Part shown: positions 8,856-17,892 of the stretch, in pieces
Position numbering within the stretch: the first letter of the stretch is position 1
Layout: each line of letters opens with the position of its first letter
Virus record (IMG/VR): IMGVR_UViG_3300019458_000020
Span: 76,152 to 140,151 of that record
Origin: a virus
DNA length: 64,000 nucleotides
Direction: 5' to 3' (one strand)
Program-made: the position numbers and the translations under genes
The notes under the pieces: model-generated
Databases searched by the model: none
The model's input: only the letters and a program-made list of their open reading frames with translations
What the model was told of the DNA's origin: nothing

Positions 8856-10957
8856 CAGTCAAAATACTCCACATTAAATGTAGGAGTTTTAGTTAATGCG
8901 TCTAAAGACTCCGAAATTCTCTGTTTACTGCTATTATCTATTTTCGTTTTTAGATAATCCTTTAATGCTATAAGATGTTTACACATTCCGGGAATTTCTC
9001 TAGGATTTCTAACGGCCGGTCTTCTGTTGATACATTTGTTTAGACTATTATTTCCTATCTGACTGGCATCTTGTTTTGCATCGGCATAAGCAAACCTATA
9101 TTTAAAATCCGGACAACTACAATCGACCTGACAATCTATATCGGCTGCATTATCGGTTGTAGATTCTTTAAAGAATTTTATATTTCCCTGATGAGGATTT
9201 CCCGTTCGGCTGGGATTTGATTTATATCGGAAGTTCCAACTTTCTTTGTTATTTTCCGTTGATACAGGCAAACTTCTTGCTCTTACTGTTTTTGCTCGAT
9301 TTTTTCTTCCATCCTCACTGGAACGAAGAAGGTCATTATAAGACATTCTTTCTGTAACAGTTTCTTCTTTTTGTAAAGAAGATTCTGCAACATTTCTTCC
9401 TAACAAATTCTTTAATTGAATAACGGGCATATTCAATTTATCAGCAACGACCGCCAATTTATTCACCGGAAGTTTTAAAATTTTATGTTTTAATTCTGGG
9501 TTCAAATGTAATTGTTGAAGGATTCGTAGTTCTTCATCGGAAGTAGTTTGTTCTTTATCTACTCCAGTTTTAAAGATTTGGTCATAAGTGAAAAATTCTC
9601 CATTATGACCACCGACTTCATATAATATTTCTCTCGGGTTAATTCTTGCGTGTTTTAGTAAAGCGAACAAATCACGTCTATGAAGTTCAATCATTGATAA
9701 TTTTTCCCAACACGACATTATTAATTGACCACGAACATTAAATACTCTTCCGTGTATTAATCTTCTCGACTTTATCGGAGGATAATTTGTATAAAAAGTA
9801 AATCCCAAGAGGTTTTCTATGTAACCGAGAATATTTCCGTGAGTAGTTAAATAATCATCAAGAGAAGGAGGGTCATTGTCTAATATTTCTTGATACGTTT
9901 TATTATTTGTAATGATTTTACTACGTTCTGGAATGTAACCAAAATAGGTATTACGACCTTCGATGTCTGCTAATATAAACACCATTTCTACTTGGTCGCT
10001 GTTTTCCCAAATATCAATTGTTACACCATCAAATTCAAATCCATCAGGGTCTTCGGTTAAACTCTTTTTGACTGGTTTAAAAACCAAAATTTGTTTATCT
10101 CTACGAAGTTTTGCAGCAGCAAGTCTATGTCCACCGTCTATAATAGAACCCTGATCGTCAATTACAATCGGAGGAAATTGTTTGTCGGATTGTGATAAAG
10201 ATTGAACTTTAGTATCACTTATTGACCATTCACTATCTTCAATGGAATTAGGGTCAACAGCAATTAATTGAAAATTACCATCAACTCTATCATCATCTTC
10301 AAATTCATCATGTTGAGAGTGTATATAATTCAAAACATCACCATCCTGATAAACACCATTCAATTTAAATTTTTTCCAATCAGGTTCACCACGAACAGAA
10401 TACCCTCCTTTATTCATCATTGGGTAATCTATTTTTTCTACTTCGTTAATTTCATCGTCATCAATGATTTCTCCATCCCATTCTCCATGATATATACCTT
10501 CGGATAATTCTTTGGTTAATTCTCTCCAATGACCTGTTTTTTCATTAAACCATGTATCACCGTTAGAATCATAACGAGTTTTGGTGTCTTCATTATAAAC
10601 AAAAATTTCTATTGGAACGGTTATTTCGGATTCACTATAAAAATCTCCTGATGATTGTTGGTCCGGAGTCAAAAGATTAATGTCATATTTAATTCTTAAA
10701 ATAGGACGATATCTATTTGGATGGTTATTTCTCCATAAAATATTTCCGTAATAATTTGCAGAACGAAATTTAGAAGCAAGGAATATCTTTCCAAAACTCC
10801 ATTTACCCAACTCTCCACCCCAATTTGTTTCTTCAGATGGTTGTAGCCCATTTTTTTGAATAGAAGGAAGGCGGTCAGCCAATGTGGCATGATAAAAATA
10901 ATGAATATTTTTATTTTCTTCCAGTATTTCATTAAGAATAGAGGACAATTTAATCAT
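8855..10957 (-). CDS. Multidomain (polyvalent) protein: ART-like + ParB/Srx-like + unknown + SWIM zinc finger
   Basis: Start MIKLSSILNE at 10957. Motifs YHAT..SIQKNGLQP (ART), PPIVID...IIDGGHRLAA (ParB-N), CSCPDF...CKH (SWIM). Confidence 0.7.
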   Translation of the reverse strand: MIKLSSILNEILEENKNIHYFYHATLADRLPSIQKNGLQPSEETNWGGELGKWSFGKIFLASKFRSANYYGNILWRNNHPNRYRPILRIKYDINLLTPDQQSSGDFYSESEITVPIEIFVYNEDTKTRYDSNGDTWFNEKTGHWRELTKELSEGIYHGEWDGEIIDDDEINEVEKIDYPMMNKGGYSVRGEPDWKKFKLNGVYQDGDVLNYIHSQHDEFEDDDRVDGNFQLIAVDPNSIEDSEWSISDTKVQSLSQSDKQFPPIVIDDQGSIIDGGHRLAAAKLRRDKQILVFKPVKKSLTEDPDGFEFDGVTIDIWENSDQVEMVFILADIEGRNTYFGYIPERSKIITNNKTYQEILDNDPPSLDDYLTTHGNILGYIENLLGFTFYTNYPPIKSRRLIHGRVFNVRGQLIMSCWEKLSMIELHRRDLFALLKHARINPREILYEVGGHNGEFFTYDQIFKTGVDKEQTTSDEELRILQQLHLNPELKHKILKLPVNKLAVVADKLNMPVIQLKNLLGRNVAESSLQKEETVTERMSYNDLLRSSEDGRKNRAKTVRARSLPVSTENNKESWNFRYKSNPSRTGNPHQGNIKFFKESTTDNAADIDCQVDCSCPDFKYRFAYADAKQDASQIGNNSLNKCINRRPAVRNPREIPGMCKHLIALKDYLKTKIDNSSKQRISESLDALTKTPTFNVEYFD

Positions 10958-11012
10958 ATAATCACACGACAATATGATTATAAATATTAAAAATGATGTC
11001 TATTATTATGAT

Positions 11013-11840
11013 TTACTTGCCTATGTAGTATTTATATTCCACAAGTTCAGAAACCTTATCAACGATGTCTTTCTTATTGCAAGAATACAGCCCACATGAG
11101 GAAAAAGCATTATATTCCATGAAGTAGAACATACCATCAACTCCTTGACAAATATCGATGGCAAACGCTAAATCAGGGAAGTAACCGTTTTTTAATATTT
11201 GTTCGCACAATTCTCTGGCACCAGTGGGAGCAGACGGTATATAGGTTCTTTGACCTTGATAAATGTAAGTGGAACATCCTATAATTTCTCTCAATTTAGA
11301 ACAAATGAATCTCCATTCGCCCTGAATGTTCTTGGGTGTCGAAACAACAACTAAATCATCATCCTTTACATTAAACTGTGTATTTTGTGTACCACCCCAA
11401 ACCCTGTCAAAATCTTGAAGGTCAATGGTCTGTCCAGTAAAGGTCTTTATTCCATTATCCGGCCGAACAAATATCAAGGCTTCTTTCCCGTATTTTTCAT
11501 ACATTTCCCACTTTCTTTCTCTTAACTGAGACGCAGAAATAATCTCATACTTGTCATTAAAAAGATAATCCTTAACAAGAGGGTAAAACTTGGAACACAG
11601 ATAATTTTCCGGCGTCAATAACACCCAATCAGGATTTTTCTCTTCACGCAGTTGAATTGCCATCTGTATAGACCCATGAAAGACGCAACAATTATCTTTA
11701 TGAAATTGGAGACATAACCCTTGACGGAAGGGTTTATAAGTGGTCAAATCGAGACACCTTCCAGATTCCTTGATTGCGGATACAAGGTCTTTGGTAAAGG
11801 TATCGTCGTTAAAGTCTTCGACTATCCATTTACAGTTCAT
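11013..11840 (-). CDS. ATP-grasp domain protein (DUF4343/R2K-like)
   Basis: FVRPDNGIKTFTG, EWRF, AIDI and MEYNAFSSCGLY motifs. Confidence 0.8.
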   Translation of the reverse strand: MNCKWIVEDFNDDTFTKDLVSAIKESGRCLDLTTYKPFRQGLCLQFHKDNCCVFHGSIQMAIQLREEKNPDWVLLTPENYLCSKFYPLVKDYLFNDKYEIISASQLRERKWEMYEKYGKEALIFVRPDNGIKTFTGQTIDLQDFDRVWGGTQNTQFNVKDDDLVVVSTPKNIQGEWRFICSKLREIIGCSTYIYQGQRTYIPSAPTGARELCEQILKNGYFPDLAFAIDICQGVDGMFYFMEYNAFSSCGLYSCNKKDIVDKVSELVEYKYYIGK

Positions 11841-11848
11841 AGACAGTC

Positions 11849-11877
11849 AAGGTAACATGGAATTGGAGGAAAGTCAA
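11849..11877 (-). promoter_or_regulatory. Sigma70-type promoter for the ATP-grasp gene
   Basis: TTGACT-N17-TACCTT on the minus strand, back to back with TTGACT-N16-TATATT on the plus strand (11880-11907). Confidence 0.5.
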
Positions 11878-11907
11878 TCTTGACTTATTATCCAATTGTG
11901 TTATATT

Positions 11908-12483
11908 ATGAAGATGAAGAGTGGAGTTTATAAAATTACCAATATAGTCAATGGGATGTTTTACATTGGCAGTTCGGATGATGTCTATCAGAGATGGAAT
12001 GAACACAAGAGCAAACTTCGAAGAAACGTTCATCACAATCCAAAACTCCAACATGCATGGAATTTCTATGGGGGGGATAAATTCACGTTTGAAATCATAG
12101 AAGAAACGGTGTATGACGTTGTTTTCATTTTGGAGAGAGAACAACATTATCTTGACACATTGAAACCATGTATTCGTGAGATTGGGTATAATTTAGCCGG
12201 AAAAGCCGGTGGGGGTGATAATTTCACAAATAATCCACGCAGAGAAGAGATAAGACAGAAGCTTAGAGAATTATCGTTGGGACAGAATAATGGAATGTAT
12301 GGAAGGAAACACACCACTGGTGCTGTAAACAAACAGAAGGAAAAAGCAAAAGGTAGATATACTCTTGAATGGTTTATAGAACGGAACGGTAAGAGGAAGG
12401 GAACAAAGATGTATAAGGAGCGATGTTTGTTCTTGAAGAACCGTAAGATAAATTACTCTCACCCAAAAAACAAAAACCCCTGA
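11908..12483 (+). CDS. GIY-YIG homing endonuclease with NUMOD3-like motif
   Basis: GVYKITN...FYIGSS, REQHYLD, GYNL, NGMYGRKHT. Start at 11908 or 11914. Confidence 0.9.
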   Translation: MKMKSGVYKITNIVNGMFYIGSSDDVYQRWNEHKSKLRRNVHHNPKLQHAWNFYGGDKFTFEIIEETVYDVVFILEREQHYLDTLKPCIREIGYNLAGKAGGGDNFTNNPRREEIRQKLRELSLGQNNGMYGRKHTTGAVNKQKEKAKGRYTLEWFIERNGKRKGTKMYKERCLFLKNRKINYSHPKNKNP

Positions 12484-12502
12484 CCGATTTCTCAGTCAGG
12501 GG
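12465..12502 (-). terminator. Intrinsic terminator after the major capsid gene
   Basis: Minus strand reads CCCCTGACTGA-GAAA-TCGGTCAGGGG then TTTTTGTTTTTT. Confidence 0.85.
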
Positions 12503-12528
12503 GGTGATTATTTAGTATCAGTTACCGA

Positions 12529-14244
12529 TTAGACTTGGTCCAAATCAGCAATCAACACACGGCCATAAAATTCCGGCCTTACCATCTTCTTGGCATAACG
12601 TGTCATTACGCCCCGGCGGGGAGTAAAGTTCACCGGGTCATAGACCAACGGCGTTTGCACCAATGGAATATAAGGAGCGTAAACAGCACCAGTTTCGAGG
12701 AAGTTATTTCCACGGAAACCGACGAGGATTACGTTATCCGTCATGTATGGGTTCTTGTAAACTTGGAATCGGGACGCGAACGTTCCGACACGGCTTACAC
12801 CCATTGCGAACTTGGCTTGGTCGCCATCCGTGCTGACCACGTATCCAGGGATGGATTCGAGAATCGTAGCAACGTCTGGGGAACAAACGAGGAAGTTAGC
12901 ACCACCACGAAGAGTCAATTGGTGAATCCTGTTGGATACCTTTTGAATCTTGTTACCGAGGGTTTGATACCAAGTTGACTTGGTGTAGTAACCACCGGTT
13001 CCAGCAGTCGTTTGATCAACAGCTTGGAAGGTACCACCGACACGAACGATTTCACGGTTGAGGCGTGCGCTCCAACGTTCAGTCGTTACAGCTGGTGCAT
13101 TCGTCAATAGCATGTCGAGGATTTCGAGGTCGATTTCCATCGAGACGTATTCAGACAATAATGCAGTCAATTCTGCTTCTGCGTCGATGCTGTGGTAAGC
13201 ATTCAAGTCTTGAGCGAGCTCAGGGGTCCAAGCAGCTTTCAACTTACGAGTCTTAGCAACGATAGGTTCGCTCTTGAGTTCGAGGTTGACTTCAGGAATA
13301 CCGATGTCTTTGTTAAGACCAGTATCCGTAGCAGTCGTCGAAGCACCAAGATTGTCTTCAAAGTCGCCACGAGCATTATCACGAGGTTGTACCGAGTAGG
13401 TGATAGCAAGACCACCGACTGAACCTGTCGTTGAGAATGGGTTCGTTGTGGTCGAGGCCGATACAACGAATACAACTTCCGAACCGTTAACTTTCGTCAA
13501 GGCTGGGAACCAGGTTCCAATGCTTGAACCAGAAACGGTGAACGAGCGAACACCGTTAAGATCGATTGGATTACCAGCAGCCAACGATGCCGAGTAAAGG
13601 TTTGTGGTAGTAATCTTGTAAAGATGACCAGCAGCCAACGATGCCGAAATGACTACCATTTCAGGTGAGGCGTTACCAGTATTCCAGTTGATATCTTCGG
13701 CCGAAGCAGAAGCTACCGTGCTGGAGACGCTAGGAGCACCCTTGTCGTTGATAGAATATCCGAAGCGACCAGCGCCATAAAGACCGCCGGTTGCCGAATC
13801 AGTAGAACCGAGCTTGGTGCCCGTACCACCGAACAACGAAGAATAGACAGAACCACCGAGCGAGCCCGTGGTATCTCTCTGGAACAAACCTTGGGTCGTA
13901 CCATACTTGAAGTCCAAGTAGAATACCAATCCGGAAGGAAGGTTCATAGGTTGAACGGAGACGAACTCCTTAGCAGCGAATTCTGCGAATACACGACGAA
14001 CGAGTGGGAGAGCTACGCCTGCCCATTGTTCGCTGTTTGCCGAAGTACCAGTGTTGGTAACTTCATCAATGAGTTGCTTTGCTTGGTTTTCAAGCAAAAC
14101 AGCCATGTTCGACTTTTCAATGTCGTTTTTCAATCCATCGAGAAGACCGGTTTTGTCCCAACGGGTCACAAGACCACGGGTTTCTTGCATCAGTCTAGCT
14201 TGTGGATTGAGAGTATTGGTTAACAGTTGTTTAACGTTTTCCAT
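12529..14244 (-). CDS. gp23: Major capsid protein (T4 gp23-like)
   Basis: LLENQ, VQPMNLPSGLVFYLDF, AKTRKLKA.WTPELAQDLNAYH, YAPYIPL, F.PR.GVMTRY. Confidence 0.97.
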   Translation of the reverse strand: MENVKQLLTNTLNPQARLMQETRGLVTRWDKTGLLDGLKNDIEKSNMAVLLENQAKQLIDEVTNTGTSANSEQWAGVALPLVRRVFAEFAAKEFVSVQPMNLPSGLVFYLDFKYGTTQGLFQRDTTGSLGGSVYSSLFGGTGTKLGSTDSATGGLYGAGRFGYSINDKGAPSVSSTVASASAEDINWNTGNASPEMVVISASLAAGHLYKITTTNLYSASLAAGNPIDLNGVRSFTVSGSSIGTWFPALTKVNGSEVVFVVSASTTTNPFSTTGSVGGLAITYSVQPRDNARGDFEDNLGASTTATDTGLNKDIGIPEVNLELKSEPIVAKTRKLKAAWTPELAQDLNAYHSIDAEAELTALLSEYVSMEIDLEILDMLLTNAPAVTTERWSARLNREIVRVGGTFQAVDQTTAGTGGYYTKSTWYQTLGNKIQKVSNRIHQLTLRGGANFLVCSPDVATILESIPGYVVSTDGDQAKFAMGVSRVGTFASRFQVYKNPYMTDNVILVGFRGNNFLETGAVYAPYIPLVQTPLVYDPVNFTPRRGVMTRYAKKMVRPEFYGRVLIADLDQV

Positions 14245-14284
14245 ATTTTTATCTCTTTTCTCTTTCAGTTAGTTATACTCGCTA

Positions 14285-15664
14285 TTACTTTTTTGGTGGC
14301 TGAGTCTTGATTCCTGCGAGTTTCTTGAATCGAGATGCCATGTCTGCTCCTTCCGAAAGAATTTCTTTCGATGGAGCGGTTGACGCCACCGGCTTGGATG
14401 CAAGTCCTTCGGTGATCTTAGCGACTTGAGCAGGAGCTTTCACTACTGGCTTCTTGTCTGCTGCCTTAGGGGCAGTTTTTGCACCGAAACTTAGGGACTC
14501 AGCCAAAACGGCATAAGCCAATTTCACTTCACGAACAGTCTTCGTAAGGTCAAAGTGTTCTACGATCTTCATTCTCATTTCACGATCGAGAGAGCCTGCG
14601 TATTCTTTAAATAGCTTGTTCGTGTAAAGCAATTTAGCATTCAACAGGTTGACCTCATTAATTTGTCCTTGTAGGAATTCAACGGTGTCGCTGTGTTCCT
14701 TTAAGGATGCCTTGAGTTGAGCATTTTCGTTTTTCAACGTTTCAACTTCGTGCATCTTGTGGGTACCGTCCAAGTCAGAGCCGCCGTGATTCTTATCACC
14801 GACTTTGGCCTTGGCCATGTCTGCGGAATCTTTAGCTTGTCCTTTATCTGGAGCTGGCATACCTTCCTTAGCACCTTCCGACATATCTTCCTTATCCTTT
14901 TTGTCATCCTTCTTCTCTTCATCCTTGTCGTCTTTCTTGTCTTTTTTGAGCCAAGGTGGGAGCTTTCCTTCGGTGACTTCCTCTTCAACTTCGTTCAACG
15001 AAGCGATGAGTTCTTCAAGGTTAATATCTTCTTCTCCTTCTGGTGCTGGAGCATCTGCTGGAGGCATTTCTCCGACAGGTGGGGCAACAGGAGGCATTTG
15101 AGCTGGTGGAACGTCTCCTGCAACAGGAGGCATTACTGGTGCGGGTGCTGGGCATCCACAATCACCGGCTGCTGGTGGAATTACTGGAGCAGGGGCTGCA
15201 GCGACATCAGGAACAGGTTCTCCTTCAGCATCATCAGCAACTTCGGCTTCTAATTCTGCAATAATTTTATTTAAATCTTCAGAAGTAAGTCCAGCTTCTT
15301 CAACATTTTCATCAACTGGGACTTCTTCGGTTTCACATACAGGCTGGCTAAGCTTTCCAACTCCGTCTGGACCAACACCAGCTTGAACTGGCTTCATTGG
15401 GGTTCCGCTGCTCATCTTCTTTGGTTGTCCCTTTGAGACATCCTTGGTTGATACGGCTTTGGATACGTTATGGGGAGCTTCAACTTCAGCAACTGGTTCA
15501 GCTGCTTCCTGTTGTTCTTCTGCTTCTTCCTTTAGTTTATCAGCAAACATTGCGTGAAAACGAGGAGCGAAGGCTTCTTCGAGAGCAATCTTAGCATTGG
15601 CGAGAGCAGTGGCTCTTATTGCCTTTGCATCAGCAATTGCTTCTTTCAACATATCGCTTGTCAT
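14285..15664 (-). CDS. Prohead scaffolding/core protein
   Basis: Directly upstream of the capsid gene; acidic, Pro-rich and coiled-coil with many (L/I/V)xE sites. Likely start MTSDMLKEAIADAK at 15664. Confidence 0.8.
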   Translation of the reverse strand: MTSDMLKEAIADAKAIRATALANAKIALEEAFAPRFHAMFADKLKEEAEEQQEAAEPVAEVEAPHNVSKAVSTKDVSKGQPKKMSSGTPMKPVQAGVGPDGVGKLSQPVCETEEVPVDENVEEAGLTSEDLNKIIAELEAEVADDAEGEPVPDVAAAPAPVIPPAAGDCGCPAPAPVMPPVAGDVPPAQMPPVAPPVGEMPPADAPAPEGEEDINLEELIASLNEVEEEVTEGKLPPWLKKDKKDDKDEEKKDDKKDKEDMSEGAKEGMPAPDKGQAKDSADMAKAKVGDKNHGGSDLDGTHKMHEVETLKNENAQLKASLKEHSDTVEFLQGQINEVNLLNAKLLYTNKLFKEYAGSLDREMRMKIVEHFDLTKTVREVKLAYAVLAESLSFGAKTAPKAADKKPVVKAPAQVAKITEGLASKPVASTAPSKEILSEGADMASRFKKLAGIKTQPPKK

Positions 15665-15787
15665 AATAGTTATAGGTTTCCTATGGGTTTCTGAAGTCAT
15701 TAAAAAACTTCAATGAAGTCTATCGTAAATCGATTAGCCATTCAGCTAAATCGTTAGGCGGCAAATGGGGTTGCTGCATTTCTATTA

Positions 15788-15795
15788 GATAAATA
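15788..15795 (-). promoter_or_regulatory. Candidate late promoter (TATTTATC) for the scaffold-capsid operon
   Basis: Same motif recurs before many structural genes; here followed by a ~120-nt structured leader. Confidence 0.55.
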
Positions 15796-15875
15796 GTGCG
15801 AAAAATCAAAAAATACAAAAAATCTTTATAAAATCAAAACATACTTATAGTATGGATGTAATTTTTTAATCTATT

Positions 15876-16499
15876 ATGCCTAGCAAATCTAAAGCTCAAA
15901 GAAAATTTTTTGGTTTAATTCATGCCTTACAAAGCGGAAAAGTTCATCCATCAAAAGTATCACCTACCGTTCGTAAAGCAGCAAAACGGATTAGTAGTAA
16001 AGATGTAAAGGATTTCGCAAAAACTCCCGAAGGTCATCTACCATATAAGGTTAAGAAGGAAATTATATCAGTATTAAAAGAACTGGTAGAACCTATGTAT
16101 TTGAACGAAGAAGGGGCAAAAGACTCAGTGGCAAAGACTTTCAACACAAAAGGTAATTTTGAACAATATGTTCAAAAATTCTTAGGTTCCGAGTTTCTTC
16201 CAAAGGAATTGGATACCATCCATAGTCACAAAGAACAGAAACCAACAAAAATTCAAAAAAATGAAGTTCGATATGAAACGACCGGGGATTTTGCAAACAG
16301 CACCATCACGGTATTAAAAAAACTCAAAGACGGAAATTCGTTCGCTTATACCGCCTTTACTAAATATTTAAAAAATTCTGAACCAGAAACACCAGAACAA
16401 ACTGAAGATACCATCGTTGTAACAAAATCACAAGTATTCAACGAAGAAATCGATGGTGCAGCAATACTAGCCAATTTTCTAAAAAAACTCGACCTATGA
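15876..16499 (+). CDS. Hypothetical protein, N-terminus DUF3008-like
   Basis: MPSKSKAQRKFFG...KDVKDFAKT...LP.KV pattern. Confidence 0.6.
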   Translation: MPSKSKAQRKFFGLIHALQSGKVHPSKVSPTVRKAAKRISSKDVKDFAKTPEGHLPYKVKKEIISVLKELVEPMYLNEEGAKDSVAKTFNTKGNFEQYVQKFLGSEFLPKELDTIHSHKEQKPTKIQKNEVRYETTGDFANSTITVLKKLKDGNSFAYTAFTKYLKNSEPETPEQTEDTIVVTKSQVFNEEIDGAAILANFLKKLDL

Positions 16500-16795
16500 T
16501 AAAATTGATGGAGATATATCATACCGTTGAAGAAGAAGACCGAACAGGAATGGTTCCTGTGGAAGAATGGAAACTTCAACACACAGAACATCTAAATGAT
16601 ATTGGATTTTTAGATGATGGTATGTATCACATGTCTCTAAAAAGTCCTTCGATGAAGGTATCATATAAAAAGGGTAAAGGATTCATGTTGGAAGATAAAA
16701 AGAAGAAAAAATCACACGTATTCCCACGATTCAGTTCATTATGTCAACATCTTGAAGATTATGACCAGCAGTGGGACTCACAACCATACCTATGA
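16496..16795 (+). CDS. Hypothetical protein with putative capsid-targeting leader
   Basis: Starts MIKLMEIYHTVEE; ATGA overlap with the upstream gene. Confidence 0.65.
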   Translation: MIKLMEIYHTVEEEDRTGMVPVEEWKLQHTEHLNDIGFLDDGMYHMSLKSPSMKVSYKKGKGFMLEDKKKKKSHVFPRFSSLCQHLEDYDQQWDSQPYL

Positions 16796-17178
16796 CCAGC
16801 TTAGAAAGAAAAGAATACAATAGAAATTACCGCCAGAAAAATAGGTCGAGGTTATTAGAAGATAAAAAACAGTGGTATCAGAAAAATAAAAACAATCCCG
16901 GATACAAAGAAAGAAATTACGCTAGTGGAATACGATTTAAATATAGTATTTCAGTAGAAGAAGTTAATCGAATGTTAGAAAAACAATCCAATAGATGTGC
17001 TATTTGTGAACGAGAATTTACAACTAGAAAAACCACTCACATCGACCATTGTCATTTGACTGGTAAAGTCAGAGGAATACTATGTGAAGGTTGTAATGTC
17101 GGCATTGGCTGTTTTGAAGACGATGTTAAAAAATTAAAAAAAGCAATAAATTACCTATCAATTTTAGATGGTGTTTAA
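16792..17178 (+). CDS. Endonuclease VII-like HNH homing endonuclease
   Basis: Q.NRCAIC, HIDHCH.TGKVRGILC..CN.GIG; ATG 16792 overlaps the upstream stop. Confidence 0.9.
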   Translation: MTSLERKEYNRNYRQKNRSRLLEDKKQWYQKNKNNPGYKERNYASGIRFKYSISVEEVNRMLEKQSNRCAICEREFTTRKTTHIDHCHLTGKVRGILCEGCNVGIGCFEDDVKKLKKAINYLSILDGV

Positions 17179-17201
17179 GGAAATCAATCATATTTATAAT
17201 C

Positions 17202-17780
17202 ATGAACAAAGAAAATCTAACAGTAAAAGAATTTAGTCTCAAACGTATCGTTGAGAATATGGATAAGATTCCAAACAACGGTAAGTTCGGAGACGAGCTT
17301 AAAAAGCTCACTCCAGAAGAAAAGAAAAAATTGATGGAGATGGTTGCGAAGTATAACGAATATGGAAACGTATTGCGTTGTGAACAAGCATTAATGGAAA
17401 CCGCCAAAACATTGGAAGAGATTGCTCGTATGGCTGAAACTTATGCCGTGACCGAATCATCTGATTGGTTTCAATCCAAGGTTGTTGAGAGGGATTTCAA
17501 ACAAGTTCGTGGTATTGCTGGAGATTTCAAAAAACTTACAAAGGAATGTTTCGGAAAACTTCAACAGTTAAATGCTTTGTATGAAGACATGGGACATGTT
17601 CTTGGTCGTTATTATGAGATTTCAACGATGAAAGAAATGGCACAGTCTGCTGGATTAGATTCTACCCAACCTTCTATTCCTATGGAAGAAAAACAAATCA
17701 TGGATGAAGTAGAAGAAGATGTAGATGTTGTGGCTCCGGTCAGAACAAATCCTCCGGTTCAAACGTCGAGAGTGTCTTAA
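17202..17780 (+). CDS. Hypothetical helical head-associated protein
   Basis: 192-aa ORF preceded by TATTTATA and followed by a terminator. Confidence 0.65.
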   Translation: MNKENLTVKEFSLKRIVENMDKIPNNGKFGDELKKLTPEEKKKLMEMVAKYNEYGNVLRCEQALMETAKTLEEIARMAETYAVTESSDWFQSKVVERDFKQVRGIAGDFKKLTKECFGKLQQLNALYEDMGHVLGRYYEISTMKEMAQSAGLDSTQPSIPMEEKQIMDEVEEDVDVVAPVRTNPPVQTSRVS

Positions 17781-17799
17781 TTTATGTTCGGAATGGGAG

Positions 17800-17830
17800 A
17801 GAGGGCAATCGAAAGATTATCCTCTTTTTT
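17800..17830 (+). terminator. Intrinsic terminator (+)
   Basis: AGAGGGCAATC-GAAA-GATTATCCTCT followed by a T run. Confidence 0.75.
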
Positions 17831-17838
17831 ATGTACAG

Positions 17839-17866
17839 AAAAAAGGAAGGTCGAAAGACCTTCCCT
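17839..17866 (-). terminator. Intrinsic terminator (-)
   Basis: Minus strand GGAAGGTC-TTTC-GACCTTCC-TTTTTT, back to back with the plus-strand terminator between convergent genes. Confidence 0.8.
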
Positions 17867-17892
17867 CGTGTGTAGTTAAACAAACAATTTAA

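Noticed and set aside
12529..15664. Higher-GC segment with many antisense ORFs suggesting horizontal transfer or overlapping genes
   Set aside because: Explained by codon bias and amino-acid composition of highly expressed capsid and scaffold genes; the shadow ORFs have no recognisable motifs.
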